A DNA stretch of 64,000 nt from Porphyromonadaceae bacterium (GCA_007280905.1 QYQM01000001.1:37037-101036), one strand, 5' to 3'; positions 17,141 through 27,489 are shown, numbered from the stretch's first letter. The notes: generated by a model not told the origin, from the letters alone. Numbers and translations: made by a program.

Positions 17141-19997
17141 CAACAATCCCGGGGTTTTCTATTTTTGTGGTGTGAAAAGAATTTCATCAACAACATTTCA
17201 CAGATTATTCCTATTGGTGCTCCTGGTTTTATCGATCCAAGGGCACGCACAATACTATTCCATGGGTTCCGATCCTTCGGCAATTAAATGGAGCCAGACA
17301 AATGTTCACCAATTCCATCTGATTTATCCGAAAAATCAGATCAGGCTGGCCGGAAAGTACAGCGAAATTTTAAATGATATAGGTGCTCCGGTAACCGCTT
17401 CCATGCAGTCAGATATCAGGAGTATTCCGGTTATCATGCATCCGTTTACATCCTATTCAAATGGCAGTTCAATATTGGCACCCCGTCGTATTGAACTTTT
17501 TCCAAAGCAGCCCATTGCACTGGAAACCAATGATTTTGCATCACAGTTAATCATTCATGAAGTGAGGCACTTTGCACAAATGGATAGATTGAATACCGGG
17601 ATAACCAGGGTTGCGGGTTTTATTCTGGGCGAACAGGCACAATCAATAGTCCTGGGGCTGCATGTTCCGAAATGGTTGTTGGAAGGCGATGCGGTTCTGA
17701 CCGAAACCTTACTGAGCCATGCCGGACGAGGCAGATTAGCCAGTTTTATTCAGCCTTTAAGGTCACGGCTGGTAGATAATAAGGACCTTTCCTGGGACCG
17801 GGTTTGGTTCGGCTCCTATCATGAATTGCTGCCGGATGAATACGTCTTTGGTTATTTCCTGACGGCCCGTGCCAGAATGCTAGCCGATCCGCTAATCTGG
17901 TCCGATGCTCTCGGGCAAATTGGAAGAAATCCTTTTAATATTAAGGGCCTCTCCGGTTTAACACGACCGAAAACGGGATTCAGGTTTTCTAAACTGTACG
18001 TGGAAACTTTGGATTGGCTGCGTGACTTCTGGACAAATCCTTCCCTGGCGGTTAAAACTCCTGATAGCCTTTTTAACATTACCAGGGATTCCCATGAATT
18101 TTTGAATTATTACAGGCCACAACAATTTAGCAATCATGAAGTTATCTGTTTAAAAAAAACAATGGGGGATTTACCTGCTTTTGTGATTATTGATTCTTCT
18201 GCGAATGAAAGAATAATTGCAAGGCCCGGAACCATTGAAGATGCCGGGTTTTCATATCATCAGGGAAAACTGGTTTGGTCCGAATTGATCCAGGATCCAA
18301 GATGGGAGAACCGGTCATGGTCAGAATTATTTGTTTACGATTTTAAAACCGGTCGAAAAACCAGATTAACTTACGGACAAAGATACTTTTCTCCGGTTTT
18401 CAGTCCTTCCGGGGATCGCATTGCCGCAATTGATGAACAGGTGGATGGCTCATCATACCTGCGAATCATAGATCCTTTGGATGGCAGGATAGTCAGATCG
18501 ATGCCGGAAGCCAGGAATGACCATTTCAGCTATTTATGTTGGGGCAAGGGTCCGGATGAACTGTATGCCATCACTACTGGTTCAGAGGGCAGAAAACTGA
18601 TTCATATCGACTTCAGAGAAATGGTGCAGGAGATTCTTCTGGATGCGGGATACACAGATATTGCCTGCCCGGCCGCATACGGCGATTGGATCTATTTCTC
18701 CGGTCCGGCAGGAGCTACGCAGGGACTTTACCGGATTAACAGCAATACTCATATTACGGAAATTGTATTTGGTCATCCTCATGGGATTAATTATTTAAGT
18801 ACACAGGACCAGAACTTATTTCTGTCTGTTTATTCTGCAAATGGTTACCGGCCTGCCAAAGTCGCCTTCGGTTCCTTGCGAGGTAAAACAGTTTATCGTA
18901 TCGATCCTCTTATTGAACCTGTTACAGCGATCATTCAAAGGGCTTATGGAGAATTTCCCGTGGTCTATTCCGATACAATTCAGACAGTTGCAATAAAACA
19001 GTATAGTAAGATCGGTCATCTTTTCAAACTCCACTCCTGGTCTCCCTTGTTTCTTAATCCGGATTCCTATCAAATTAGCCCCGGAGTGGTTTTGATGTCG
19101 CAAAATGATTTGAGCACCCTAACCTGCTGGGCTGGTTATCAATACAATAAAACAGATTTGTCCCACAATCTGTTATCATCGTTGCGCTATACCGGTCTTT
19201 ATCCCACGCTGGAAATGGATTATAGCAGAAAATACCGGAATCCTGATCCTGAGTCCGATTCAACAGGTCATCGATCTGGAAAATTTCCTGGTGCTTACTG
19301 GCAGTTTTTACGTTTTGGGTCGGGTATACCGCTGAACTTTTCTTCCGGGGCCTGGAGCCGGAAAATTCAACCGACTCTTTTTTTCGAGCAGGTCAGCTAT
19401 TTGTTGGACCGCAATTCCGAATTAAATAATTCTGCATGGATGGCCGGGTTGTCCTTTTCATCTGTTTTTCTGCGAAAAACCAGTTACCGTGATCTGTTTC
19501 CCAAGTGGGGTGTATCGATGAATTTCAGCTATTTCAAGGCATTCAGTCTGGTCAGGCGGGGTAACAATATGACGGGTAGAATTATACTGTATTTACCCGG
19601 CTTACTGCCCAATAGCAGCTTGCGGATACTGAATTCTGCAACTTTTTTGACCTTTGATCAGTATTTCAACTCCATACAGGATTTTCCCAGGGGCCAGGTT
19701 GTTTATCAGGCGCGTGACAGGTACAACCTGAAAATTGATTATGCGTTCCCGATAGCCTATCCGGATTACCATCTCAGTTGGCTGATTTACATTAAACGAA
19801 TAAAAACCGACCTGTTCTTCGATGCTGGTACACAGTTATATATCAAAAATTGGTTTATATCGACAGGGCTTGACCTGACTTTCGACTATCATCTGGTTCG
19901 TTCAGGAATTCAGCTGGAATCAGGAATCAGAATGATGTATTTTCCGACAGCACGGAAAATTGGTGCAGAATTTTTATTTGCCTTTTCAGTTAACTGA
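17133..19997 (+). CDS. Large secreted/outer-membrane protein: HExxH (peptidase-MA-like) region + PD40/TolB-like beta-propeller + Omp85-like C-terminal barrel (putative)
   Basis: 954 aa with signal ...LLVLLVLSIQGHAQ, IIHEVRHFAQ followed by WLLEGDAV (HExxH...EGxA pattern), and the PD40-like YFSPVFSPSGDRIAA. The C-terminal third has alternating beta pattern with DLFFDAGT. An alternative GTG start exists at 17172. Confidence 0.6.
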   Translation: MRLNNPGVFYFCGVKRISSTTFHRLFLLVLLVLSIQGHAQYYSMGSDPSAIKWSQTNVHQFHLIYPKNQIRLAGKYSEILNDIGAPVTASMQSDIRSIPVIMHPFTSYSNGSSILAPRRIELFPKQPIALETNDFASQLIIHEVRHFAQMDRLNTGITRVAGFILGEQAQSIVLGLHVPKWLLEGDAVLTETLLSHAGRGRLASFIQPLRSRLVDNKDLSWDRVWFGSYHELLPDEYVFGYFLTARARMLADPLIWSDALGQIGRNPFNIKGLSGLTRPKTGFRFSKLYVETLDWLRDFWTNPSLAVKTPDSLFNITRDSHEFLNYYRPQQFSNHEVICLKKTMGDLPAFVIIDSSANERIIARPGTIEDAGFSYHQGKLVWSELIQDPRWENRSWSELFVYDFKTGRKTRLTYGQRYFSPVFSPSGDRIAAIDEQVDGSSYLRIIDPLDGRIVRSMPEARNDHFSYLCWGKGPDELYAITTGSEGRKLIHIDFREMVQEILLDAGYTDIACPAAYGDWIYFSGPAGATQGLYRINSNTHITEIVFGHPHGINYLSTQDQNLFLSVYSANGYRPAKVAFGSLRGKTVYRIDPLIEPVTAIIQRAYGEFPVVYSDTIQTVAIKQYSKIGHLFKLHSWSPLFLNPDSYQISPGVVLMSQNDLSTLTCWAGYQYNKTDLSHNLLSSLRYTGLYPTLEMDYSRKYRNPDPESDSTGHRSGKFPGAYWQFLRFGSGIPLNFSSGAWSRKIQPTLFFEQVSYLLDRNSELNNSAWMAGLSFSSVFLRKTSYRDLFPKWGVSMNFSYFKAFSLVRRGNNMTGRIILYLPGLLPNSSLRILNSATFLTFDQYFNSIQDFPRGQVVYQARDRYNLKIDYAFPIAYPDYHLSWLIYIKRIKTDLFFDAGTQLYIKNWFISTGLDLTFDYHLVRSGIQLESGIRMMYFPTARKIGAEFLFAFSVN

Positions 19998-21257
19998 TCA
20001 GCCTCTTTTCATCTCAATCAGGGTAATCTCAGGCCAGATTCCAACACGACCGGGAAATGCCAGGTAACCCAAACCCCGGTTTACATAGAGATATTGGTTG
20101 TTTGATTTATAGAGCCCTGCCCAATATTTGTAAATCAATTGAACCGGACTGATTTTAAAATTGCCGATTTCCAAACCAAATTGAAATCCATGGGTATGCC
20201 CCGAAAGAGTTAGGGGAATCTGTGTTTTTTCGTTTACTTTCTTTACCCAATGGTCAGGGTTATGTGACATCAGGATCACAAAGGCATCTTTCGGAATCCC
20301 TGTCATGGCTTTGTTGAGATCGCCATATTGTTTAAAAGGCAGGAGACCCCAGTTTTCCACCCCGGCCAGATAAATCCGTTCATTATTTCTTTCAATGGCC
20401 ACATTTTCATTACGAAGAATCCGGAAACCCATTTCTTCCTCCTGTCTGAGAATGGCATCGAGATTGGCCTTTTTGGCAGCCTTGGTATGCCATGAAGAGT
20501 AGTCCCCGTAATCGTGATTACCAAGAATTGCAAATTTTCCCATCGGAGCATTCATCCTCGACCACATGGAGGTCCAACCCTCCATCTCTGATGCAAAATT
20601 ATTGACCATATCTCCCGTGAACAGCAGCAGATCCGGCTTGATGTCATCGATAATGCTGACCACTTCTTCGAGTTTTCCAGAGTTACTATAAAAACTTCCA
20701 AGATGTGCATCGGAAAGTTGAACTATTCGTAATCCATGAAAGGCTTGTGGAAGGTCAGGAAATTTGATTTCCGAGTGATGAACCGTAAATCGAAAACGTC
20801 CCCAGCCAACTCCGTGGAGAACTCCGAGAAATGGCAATGCGGCAACAATTATTCCGATTTTTCGGATAAAATCGCGACGGTTAACCATGGAATCCATCGG
20901 TGGGGGCGATTCTTTATAATTTCGTTTGCGGGTCAATCTCAGGACCCCATTTTTCAGATCTTCAAGACCTTCAAAAATGATATAAAACAATTTGAAAACG
21001 AAAAATGCGATAAAGACGGAATTGAACCAGATTAATCTTTGATATCGGGCTGGATCTTCCGGGGATTTCTGGTAATTCAGATAAAACAGGATAAACAGGG
21101 CAATCAAGCTTAAGGAAAACGTCAGGTAAACCACGGATGCTCTTATTCGGAATTTTCGGGACCTGCTTTTGATCAAACCCATTAATCCCTTGTATGTATA
21201 CAGGTCAATCAACAGGAGAATGGGTATGATCAGGATAATGGACTGAAATGAACGCAT
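19998..21257 (-). CDS. Membrane-anchored metallophosphoesterase (calcineurin-like)
   Basis: Motifs LSDAHLG, GDMVN, GNHD and SGHTHG, with N-terminal TM helices. I prefer the start at MRSFQSIILI (21257). The track's 508-aa version extends over the divergent gene at 21388. Confidence 0.85.
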   Translation of the reverse strand: MRSFQSIILIIPILLLIDLYTYKGLMGLIKSRSRKFRIRASVVYLTFSLSLIALFILFYLNYQKSPEDPARYQRLIWFNSVFIAFFVFKLFYIIFEGLEDLKNGVLRLTRKRNYKESPPPMDSMVNRRDFIRKIGIIVAALPFLGVLHGVGWGRFRFTVHHSEIKFPDLPQAFHGLRIVQLSDAHLGSFYSNSGKLEEVVSIIDDIKPDLLLFTGDMVNNFASEMEGWTSMWSRMNAPMGKFAILGNHDYGDYSSWHTKAAKKANLDAILRQEEEMGFRILRNENVAIERNNERIYLAGVENWGLLPFKQYGDLNKAMTGIPKDAFVILMSHNPDHWVKKVNEKTQIPLTLSGHTHGFQFGLEIGNFKISPVQLIYKYWAGLYKSNNQYLYVNRGLGYLAFPGRVGIWPEITLIEMKRG

Positions 21258-21387
21258 ATAGTAAGCCGGGTTATGGAACAATTTGAACAGAAAATCCGTA
21301 GTAAAACAATATAAGCCCTTCTTTGTTTCGGGGTGCAAGATTAGTTGTTTAATCTGAATTCCAATAGAATTCGCAATTCTAATTATT

Positions 21388-22083
21388 ATGGAAAACTTAC
21401 TAATCAAGTATTTTGAAGCCCGGATCAAAAATGAAACTAAAAACAAGGAGCCCGGGCCGGTCATTACCATTTCCAGGGAATATGGATGCCCTTCTAAAGT
21501 ACTCGCTGGAATTGTGGTGGACAAACTCAGGTCGTTGGATCAGGAAACCCCGGCACATCCCTATCGATGGAGATGGATTAGCCGTGAAGTATTGGAAGAA
21601 TCTGCCAAGGACCTGAAAGTCGATCCCAGGCACATCAACCATATTTTTGATTATCAGGAGAGGTCGATAATTGATGATATCCTGGCATCAACCCGAAAGG
21701 ATGGCAGTTACAAGTCGGATCATGCGATTAAGAAATCTGTTGGTAAAGTTATTCGTTCCATGGGTGAACACGGGCATGTGGTCATTGTTGGCCGTGCCGG
21801 AGTCGTGTTGAACAGGGATATTAAAAAATCACTGCATATACGCCTCATGGCACCGCTGGAATGGAGGATTAACAGTACCATGCAAATGCAGAATCTGCCT
21901 AAGGACAAGGCTTTGGAAATGATAATAAGTAAGGACGCAAACCGTAAAAGATTTCTGGAATATTACCTGGGACAAAAATTCCAGATCCAGATTTTCGATA
22001 CAGTGTATAACTGCGCATATCTTACCCTGGAAGAGATTGCAGATTCAATAGTGTATTCGGCAGGGCAGCGAAAAATGATCTGA
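21388..22083 (+). CDS. Cytidylate kinase-like family protein
   Basis: 231 aa. ITISREYGCPSKVLA and VVIVGRAGV resemble the Cytidylate_kin2-type family. Function unknown. Confidence 0.6.
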   Translation: MENLLIKYFEARIKNETKNKEPGPVITISREYGCPSKVLAGIVVDKLRSLDQETPAHPYRWRWISREVLEESAKDLKVDPRHINHIFDYQERSIIDDILASTRKDGSYKSDHAIKKSVGKVIRSMGEHGHVVIVGRAGVVLNRDIKKSLHIRLMAPLEWRINSTMQMQNLPKDKALEMIISKDANRKRFLEYYLGQKFQIQIFDTVYNCAYLTLEEIADSIVYSAGQRKMI

Positions 22084-22085
22084 AA

Positions 22086-22853
22086 TTAAATCCTCTCAAC
22101 ACTGTTTTCCGGAATCCAGGCTTCTTTGCCATCTGCCAGCCTGATCCTGATCCAGGAGCCTACCCGGTCAGTTATTTTTACTTTAACCCCCTCATGAATC
22201 ACAAATAAGTCGGTTCCGCCTGGATCTGGCGAACTTTTTGCGGTTAATGATGATGAAAAAACAATCGCTGAATCCGGATGCACCGATTGTTTGTTCTGAA
22301 TACTTCCCAGCAGCCATGAAAATACCAGGATAACAATCAGCAATGCTCCCCCGGAAAGCATCCACTTTCTAAATTTGAAAACCCTTTTCACATAGACGAA
22401 AATGACCACGGATAATAGGAGAAAAAATGCAATCAAGCTAATATAGCCCCAGGCATCAGCCTTAATTATACAGGCGAAGGTGCGGATCCATTTTCTGAAA
22501 AAGAATTCATTTACGGGATTGATTTTATCGACCACCAACCGGTTTGCCAGATCGAGATTGAACTGGATATCCACATCTTTCGGATTCAGGATTAAAGCTT
22601 TCTCATAGTACAAGATAGCCGATGGAATCTGGCCCAGCTTGTAAAACGTATTCCCCAGATTGTAATACAATTCCACAGATTCAAATCCTGAATTGACTAT
22701 TTTCTGATATTCCTCCCTGGCAGAGGAATATTCTCCGTTCAGATAGAGTTGGTTGGCTTTGTCAAATACCATCTGTTCCACCTTGGATTGTCCGGCAACC
22801 GGAAGCCAGACGAGTAAAGAGAAAACCAGGCCGATCAGTACTTTCTTAATCAT
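22086..22853 (-). CDS. batE: BatE-like protein (TPR + TM + C-terminal SH3-like domain)
   Basis: 255 aa with TPR repeats (YYNLGNTFYKLGQIPSAILYYEKAL), a mid TM segment, and C-terminal GSWIRIRLADGKEAWIP. It is the last gene of the Bat operon. Confidence 0.75.
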   Translation of the reverse strand: MIKKVLIGLVFSLLVWLPVAGQSKVEQMVFDKANQLYLNGEYSSAREEYQKIVNSGFESVELYYNLGNTFYKLGQIPSAILYYEKALILNPKDVDIQFNLDLANRLVVDKINPVNEFFFRKWIRTFACIIKADAWGYISLIAFFLLLSVVIFVYVKRVFKFRKWMLSGGALLIVILVFSWLLGSIQNKQSVHPDSAIVFSSSLTAKSSPDPGGTDLFVIHEGVKVKITDRVGSWIRIRLADGKEAWIPENSVERI

Positions 22854-22855
22854 GA

Positions 22856-24679
22856 TTACCTCCGATAGGTTTTTTCTATACTAATAATAACTTGTTCCGA
22901 GCGGGTCAGAAGCTGGTGGAGGTCACCTTCGCCCGTTCCCGGTGCAAACCGTAAAAACTCTGCATGGTCAATGGTCTCAATGAAGTTTTTGATCGTTTCC
23001 GCATCAACACCGCGATTCACCAGGAGGTCGCGGATATTGTCGCGGTTCAGATTCGAAAAATTAATATTGAATTTATCACTGACATAGCCCCAGAGTGCTT
23101 TTGTCAAAGCTTCGAGGAACTCATCACGGCTCAATGATTCAAGGAATTTTCGTGCAAGTGCCAGCCGTTTGCGGCTGATTACATTGGCCTTCCTGAATCG
23201 GCTTCCTTCAACATCAGCCAGATTCTTAAAACGTGATCTGAAATAAAGGATAATTACTATAAATATCAGGGAAAGAATAATATAGTTAAAAATGAAACCG
23301 GTTGATGCGAAAAAATGATCACCTCTGACTTTAAAATTCGGCTTGCCGGTTTTAATAAAACGGATATCCTGTCCGATAACCCGTATGTCTTCCTTACCGG
23401 GAGTGCTGACAATGGTAGCTTCAGAATCATTCTCCCCTTTGGTGACATTGATCCTCATGATGTCGCTCGTAAACGATTTAAAACTTCCGGCCGTAGGATC
23501 AAAATAGCTGAAATTCCATGCAGGGATCTCAAAAGCACCGGCATGCCTTGGAATAATCAGGTATTCAAAGGTTTTGGATCCGGTAATCCCATTGCTTCCG
23601 GCATCAATATTATCGGTTATTTTCGGGTCGTACACTTCCAGATCAGCCGGGAACCGGAAAGCAGGTAACTCAATCAGTTTAATATTGCCATTCCCTTTAA
23701 CGTTAACTTTCAGTGTTATGGCCTCATTGGTTTTGACTTCGTGCTTGTCAATACCGGCGGATATGGTAAACTTGCCAACTGCTCCGTTAAAACCGGCCGG
23801 CTGATTATCAGGAAATGGTTTTACCGTTATTTCAACCGGGAGGCTCTTTATCCTTTTGGAAACCGTTTCATAATTGCCAAAGAAATCATCAAAGGGGCTA
23901 CGCTGTCCTTTTCGCTGGACATTTACAAAACACTCGATTTCAAATGGTTCAATACTGATCTTCCCGGTTTTTTGGGGAACCAAAATAGTTTTCCGGATCA
24001 TGCCCATATTATAAATCCGGCCGTTGTAGTTGGTTCTTTCCAGGCTAACCTGCTCTGATGTAGGAATTTCCTGATTCCAGAATCCACCAAAAGCAGGCAT
24101 CTTGATCTCTCCGAACCGTGCCAGGGTGACCCGTGTGTAAATCTTAATAGTGGCGAAAATCTGTTCTCCTTTATAAACCTGGCTGTGATCGACCTCAATT
24201 TTAACGAAAAGGTCATCTGGACTTACCCCGTCAGAACTGCCTCCGCCTTGTGCTCCCTGCTGTTTATCCTGATTCCCTTTCACTACTTCAATCCTCACCG
24301 GACCACTGGTAAAGGTTTTTCCTTTGACTACCGCACTGGCGGAAGGAATGGTGAAAACTCCCTCCACTGTAGCCTGAATATTATAATTGTAGGTATAAGA
24401 AACCGATTGACTAACCTGGCTATTTATAATCTGGGTGCTCATGCTGGTGGATAGCATTGGACCTGAGAATAGAAAGCCATCAATTTTGGGACCGGTGAAT
24501 CCTTCAGCTTTGGCATTAATGGTATAGGCCAGACGGGCAACTTCGCCAACTGCCATAACCTTAGGCCCTTCCGCGGTCAATTGGATACTTTCCTGGGCTA
24601 AGCATGCCCCCGGTATCCATAACCCTAACAGGATAAGCAGTGATAATGTCTTCATCGTTACAAAAGTTTCTCTTTTCAT
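22856..24679 (-). CDS. batD: BatD-like oxygen-tolerance protein
   Basis: About 607 aa with a signal peptide, a large beta-rich ectodomain, a TM segment (FIFNYIILSLIFIVIILYF) and a cytoplasmic tail. The start overlaps the batC stop as TAATG. Confidence 0.75.
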   Translation of the reverse strand: MKRETFVTMKTLSLLILLGLWIPGACLAQESIQLTAEGPKVMAVGEVARLAYTINAKAEGFTGPKIDGFLFSGPMLSTSMSTQIINSQVSQSVSYTYNYNIQATVEGVFTIPSASAVVKGKTFTSGPVRIEVVKGNQDKQQGAQGGGSSDGVSPDDLFVKIEVDHSQVYKGEQIFATIKIYTRVTLARFGEIKMPAFGGFWNQEIPTSEQVSLERTNYNGRIYNMGMIRKTILVPQKTGKISIEPFEIECFVNVQRKGQRSPFDDFFGNYETVSKRIKSLPVEITVKPFPDNQPAGFNGAVGKFTISAGIDKHEVKTNEAITLKVNVKGNGNIKLIELPAFRFPADLEVYDPKITDNIDAGSNGITGSKTFEYLIIPRHAGAFEIPAWNFSYFDPTAGSFKSFTSDIMRINVTKGENDSEATIVSTPGKEDIRVIGQDIRFIKTGKPNFKVRGDHFFASTGFIFNYIILSLIFIVIILYFRSRFKNLADVEGSRFRKANVISRKRLALARKFLESLSRDEFLEALTKALWGYVSDKFNINFSNLNRDNIRDLLVNRGVDAETIKNFIETIDHAEFLRFAPGTGEGDLHQLLTRSEQVIISIEKTYRR

Positions 24680-25416
24680 TACCAATCCTTTATGGTTCTA
24701 ACCTTGCTGGCATTCGCCTTTTCCTTTTTCACCTTTTCCTGGACCTTCTTTTCGTCAGTAGCCAAAGCTTCCAATAATCTCTTAGCATCTTCTTTTGAGA
24801 TTTTGACATTCTGAGCTTTAGACTGTTGCTGATCAGATTTTTGATCTTTCTGTTCCTGCTGTTGTTGCTGCTGCTGTTGATCCTGGTTCTGCTGCTGATC
24901 CTTCTTATCGTTATTCTTGTCCTTCTGATCTTTCTTATCTTTCTTATCTTTCTTATCTTTCTTATCGTTCTGTTGTTTCTGTTGATCCTGCTGCTTTTTC
25001 ATATGCTGGGCATAGCACAGATTGTATTTGGTATCAAGATCGCCGGGGTTGCGGCGGAGTGCATCTTTGTAAGCATTTATGCTTCCTTCGATCTTGCCGG
25101 CTTGGAGTAATGAGTTTCCCAGGTTATGAAAGGCTTTTGCAGAATTTGTTTTCACAATTTCATTGGATGCCGCTGCTTCGAATTGCCGGCCGGCTTCTTC
25201 ATATTTCTTCTGCCGGTAAAGAGCATCGCCAAGGTTAAAATCTGCCAATTTATTAACTTTCTTCTCTTCCAGAGCTTTCCGGTACGCCAATTCAGCGTTA
25301 TCGAATTTTTCCTTTTTGAAATACCGGTTCCCCTGCCGGATTTCTCCACGTCCCGGCTGGGCCTCTAATTGAAAAGCCAAATTCAATAATATCAGGCAAA
25401 TAAATAGGTTTTTCAT
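24679..25416 (-). CDS. batC: BatC-like TPR protein with expanded Q/D/K low-complexity linker
   Basis: Signal MKNLFICLILLNLAFQLEAQ, TPR repeats, then KKQQDQQKQQNDKKDKKDKKDKKDQKDKNNDKKDQQQNQDQQQQQQQQEQKDQKSDQQQ. I prefer the ATG at 25416. Confidence 0.75.
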   Translation of the reverse strand: MKNLFICLILLNLAFQLEAQPGRGEIRQGNRYFKKEKFDNAELAYRKALEEKKVNKLADFNLGDALYRQKKYEEAGRQFEAAASNEIVKTNSAKAFHNLGNSLLQAGKIEGSINAYKDALRRNPGDLDTKYNLCYAQHMKKQQDQQKQQNDKKDKKDKKDKKDQKDKNNDKKDQQQNQDQQQQQQQQEQKDQKSDQQQSKAQNVKISKEDAKRLLEALATDEKKVQEKVKKEKANASKVRTIKDW

Positions 25417-25417
25417 A

Positions 25418-26467
25418 TTACATATTCCGTTTACCAAATATCTGAAGACTTTGCAACCATTTATTTTTCCTGCTGTTCAGGATGAAATCGATAAAAAGTA
25501 AGAAAAAGGCGAATCCAGCGTAATACACAAATTGTTCATCATATTCTGAGTATACCTTCATCTGGATTTCCTGTTTCTCCATTTTATTCATTTCATCGAG
25601 AATAGTAGTGAGTCCGGTGCGGGAAGCGGTTGCCCTGACGTATGTGCCGCCACCTGCAGCGGCAATCTGCCGTAACAGGTCTTCATTCAATTTGCTGATA
25701 ATTACCTTCCCTTCATAATCTGTCCGATAATCTTTTTGTCCGCTGGCTGACGTAACCGGAATCGGAACACCCTGAGCCGACCCGATGCCAATGGTATGAA
25801 TAATAATTCCGGCATCTCCAGCTTCCTTGGCAGCCTCTATGGCACCTTCTTCATGGTTCTCACCATCCGTGATCATGACAATTGCCCTGCTCTTATCGGA
25901 ATTTGGAGTGAATGACCTCATGGCCAAATGTATAGCACTTCCAATGGCAGTACCTTGCTTAGGAACGATCTGTGTATTAATGGAATTAAGAAATAGCTTG
26001 GCTGCCATGTAATCAGTGGTCACCGGCATCTGAATATAAGCATCTCCGGCAAAAACAATCAACCCGATTTTATCATTTTCAAGGCGATCGACCAGCCTGC
26101 CGATAGCCATTTTGGCATTTTCCAGGCGGTTTGGCTGGATATCTTCAGCCATCATGGAGTTTGATACATCCAGGGCGATGATCATCTCAATTCCTTTCCG
26201 CTTTACTTCCGATAATTTTGTTCCAAACTGCGGGCGTGCCAGTGCAAGGACCATGATTCCGAATGCAAGAATCCAAATCACCAATTTCACGAAGGTCCGG
26301 GTAGACGAAAAATCAGGCATCAAACGGTTCAGCAATAATTGATCTCCCCATTTCAGTAACTGCCTTTTTTGGTATCTTCTGGTTATCAGATACAATACGA
26401 GCAGTAACGGAATGATCGCTAAACCAATCAGTACTTTTTCATCTTCAAAACGGAATGCGCTATTCAT
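25418..26467 (-). CDS. batB: BatB-like vWA-domain membrane protein
   Basis: 349 aa with N-terminal TMs and vWA MIDAS DVSNSM ... ITDGENH. Confidence 0.85.
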   Translation of the reverse strand: MNSAFRFEDEKVLIGLAIIPLLLVLYLITRRYQKRQLLKWGDQLLLNRLMPDFSSTRTFVKLVIWILAFGIMVLALARPQFGTKLSEVKRKGIEMIIALDVSNSMMAEDIQPNRLENAKMAIGRLVDRLENDKIGLIVFAGDAYIQMPVTTDYMAAKLFLNSINTQIVPKQGTAIGSAIHLAMRSFTPNSDKSRAIVMITDGENHEEGAIEAAKEAGDAGIIIHTIGIGSAQGVPIPVTSASGQKDYRTDYEGKVIISKLNEDLLRQIAAAGGGTYVRATASRTGLTTILDEMNKMEKQEIQMKVYSEYDEQFVYYAGFAFFLLFIDFILNSRKNKWLQSLQIFGKRNM

Positions 26468-26496
26468 AGCTGTTATTCAGATAGTTAGTTCGTGAA

Positions 26497-27489
26497 TCAA
26501 GGGTTCCGTTTAAATAATGTCAGCCTGAGCCCGATCTCGATTAATAAAAGAAGCAGTGCCAGAGACAGAAATCGCTGATATTCTTCAGTTTTGGTATTGA
26601 TTTCTTTGACATCAATCCTGGATTTCTCCATTTTATCGATCTCCTGATAAATCTCCTTTAGTTTCTGATTATTTGTCGCCCTGAAGTATTTACCGCCGGT
26701 CATGCTAGCGATTTCCTGCAAAACACCTTCATCGATTTCGACCTTAACATTCTGATATTGAATGCCGAACGGGGTACGGAAAGGGTAGGGTGCCGTACCC
26801 AGCGATCCAACCCCAATGGTATAAACCCGGATCCCAAATGTTTTAGCAATTTCTGCAGCCGTTATGGGTGCAATTTCGCCGCGGTTGTTCATTCCATCGG
26901 TCAACAAAATGATGACCTTGCTCCTCGCATCAGAATCTTTCAGCCGGCTAACAGAAGTAGCCAGGCCAAGCCCGATGGCCGTACCATCTTCAATGATACC
27001 ACTTTGAATCCCCTGGAAAAGGTTCATGAGAACAGCATGATCGGTTGTGAGCGGACATTGGGTAAAAGATTCTCCGCTGAAAACAACAAGCCCCATCCGG
27101 TCATCCGGTCTCCCTGCAATAAATTCGGTTGCTACCGACTTTGATGCTTCAAGGCGGTTCGGTTTGAAATCTTCAGCCAGCATACTGCCGGAAATATCCA
27201 CAGCAATAATGATATCAATACCTTCAGTGGTAACATTTTCCCATGAGTTGGACGACTGTGGGCGGGCTACAACAATTATCAGCAATCCAAAAACTGCCTG
27301 GCGAAGAACAAATGGAAGGTGCTTCAGGTAATTCTTCCATGAAACCGCGCTCCCTGTAAAGGGTTGGATTCCTGATATCCGAATGGTTGGGGTGATTTTC
27401 AATTGGCGGAAGATATACCAGCCAATCATCACAGGAATCAGGAGGGCTAAATAAATTACCTGTGGATAGGCGAATTGAAGACCGGTCAT
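26497..27489 (-). CDS. batA: BatA-like vWA-domain membrane protein
   Basis: 330 aa with the N-terminal double TM (FAYPQVIYLALLIPVMIGWYIF) and vWA MIDAS DISGSM ... LTDGMNN. Confidence 0.85.
   Translation of the reverse strand: MTGLQFAYPQVIYLALLIPVMIGWYIFRQLKITPTIRISGIQPFTGSAVSWKNYLKHLPFVLRQAVFGLLIIVVARPQSSNSWENVTTEGIDIIIAVDISGSMLAEDFKPNRLEASKSVATEFIAGRPDDRMGLVVFSGESFTQCPLTTDHAVLMNLFQGIQSGIIEDGTAIGLGLATSVSRLKDSDARSKVIILLTDGMNNRGEIAPITAAEIAKTFGIRVYTIGVGSLGTAPYPFRTPFGIQYQNVKVEIDEGVLQEIASMTGGKYFRATNNQKLKEIYQEIDKMEKSRIDVKEINTKTEEYQRFLSLALLLLLIEIGLRLTLFKRNP

Noticed and set aside
21258-21524. N-terminal 89-codon extension of the metallophosphoesterase ORF (508-aa version)
   Set aside because: The extension overlaps the divergent cytidylate-kinase-like gene (start 21388) and its promoter region. 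The internal Met at 21257 begins a typical TM-anchored N-terminus (MRSFQSIILIIPILLL).
24826-25110. 94-aa + strand ORF encoding poly-Leu/Ile (MLIRFLIFLFLLLLLLLLILV...)
   Set aside because: It is the mirror image of the Q/D/K low-complexity linker of batC on the opposite strand, so it is an artefact of the repeat composition.
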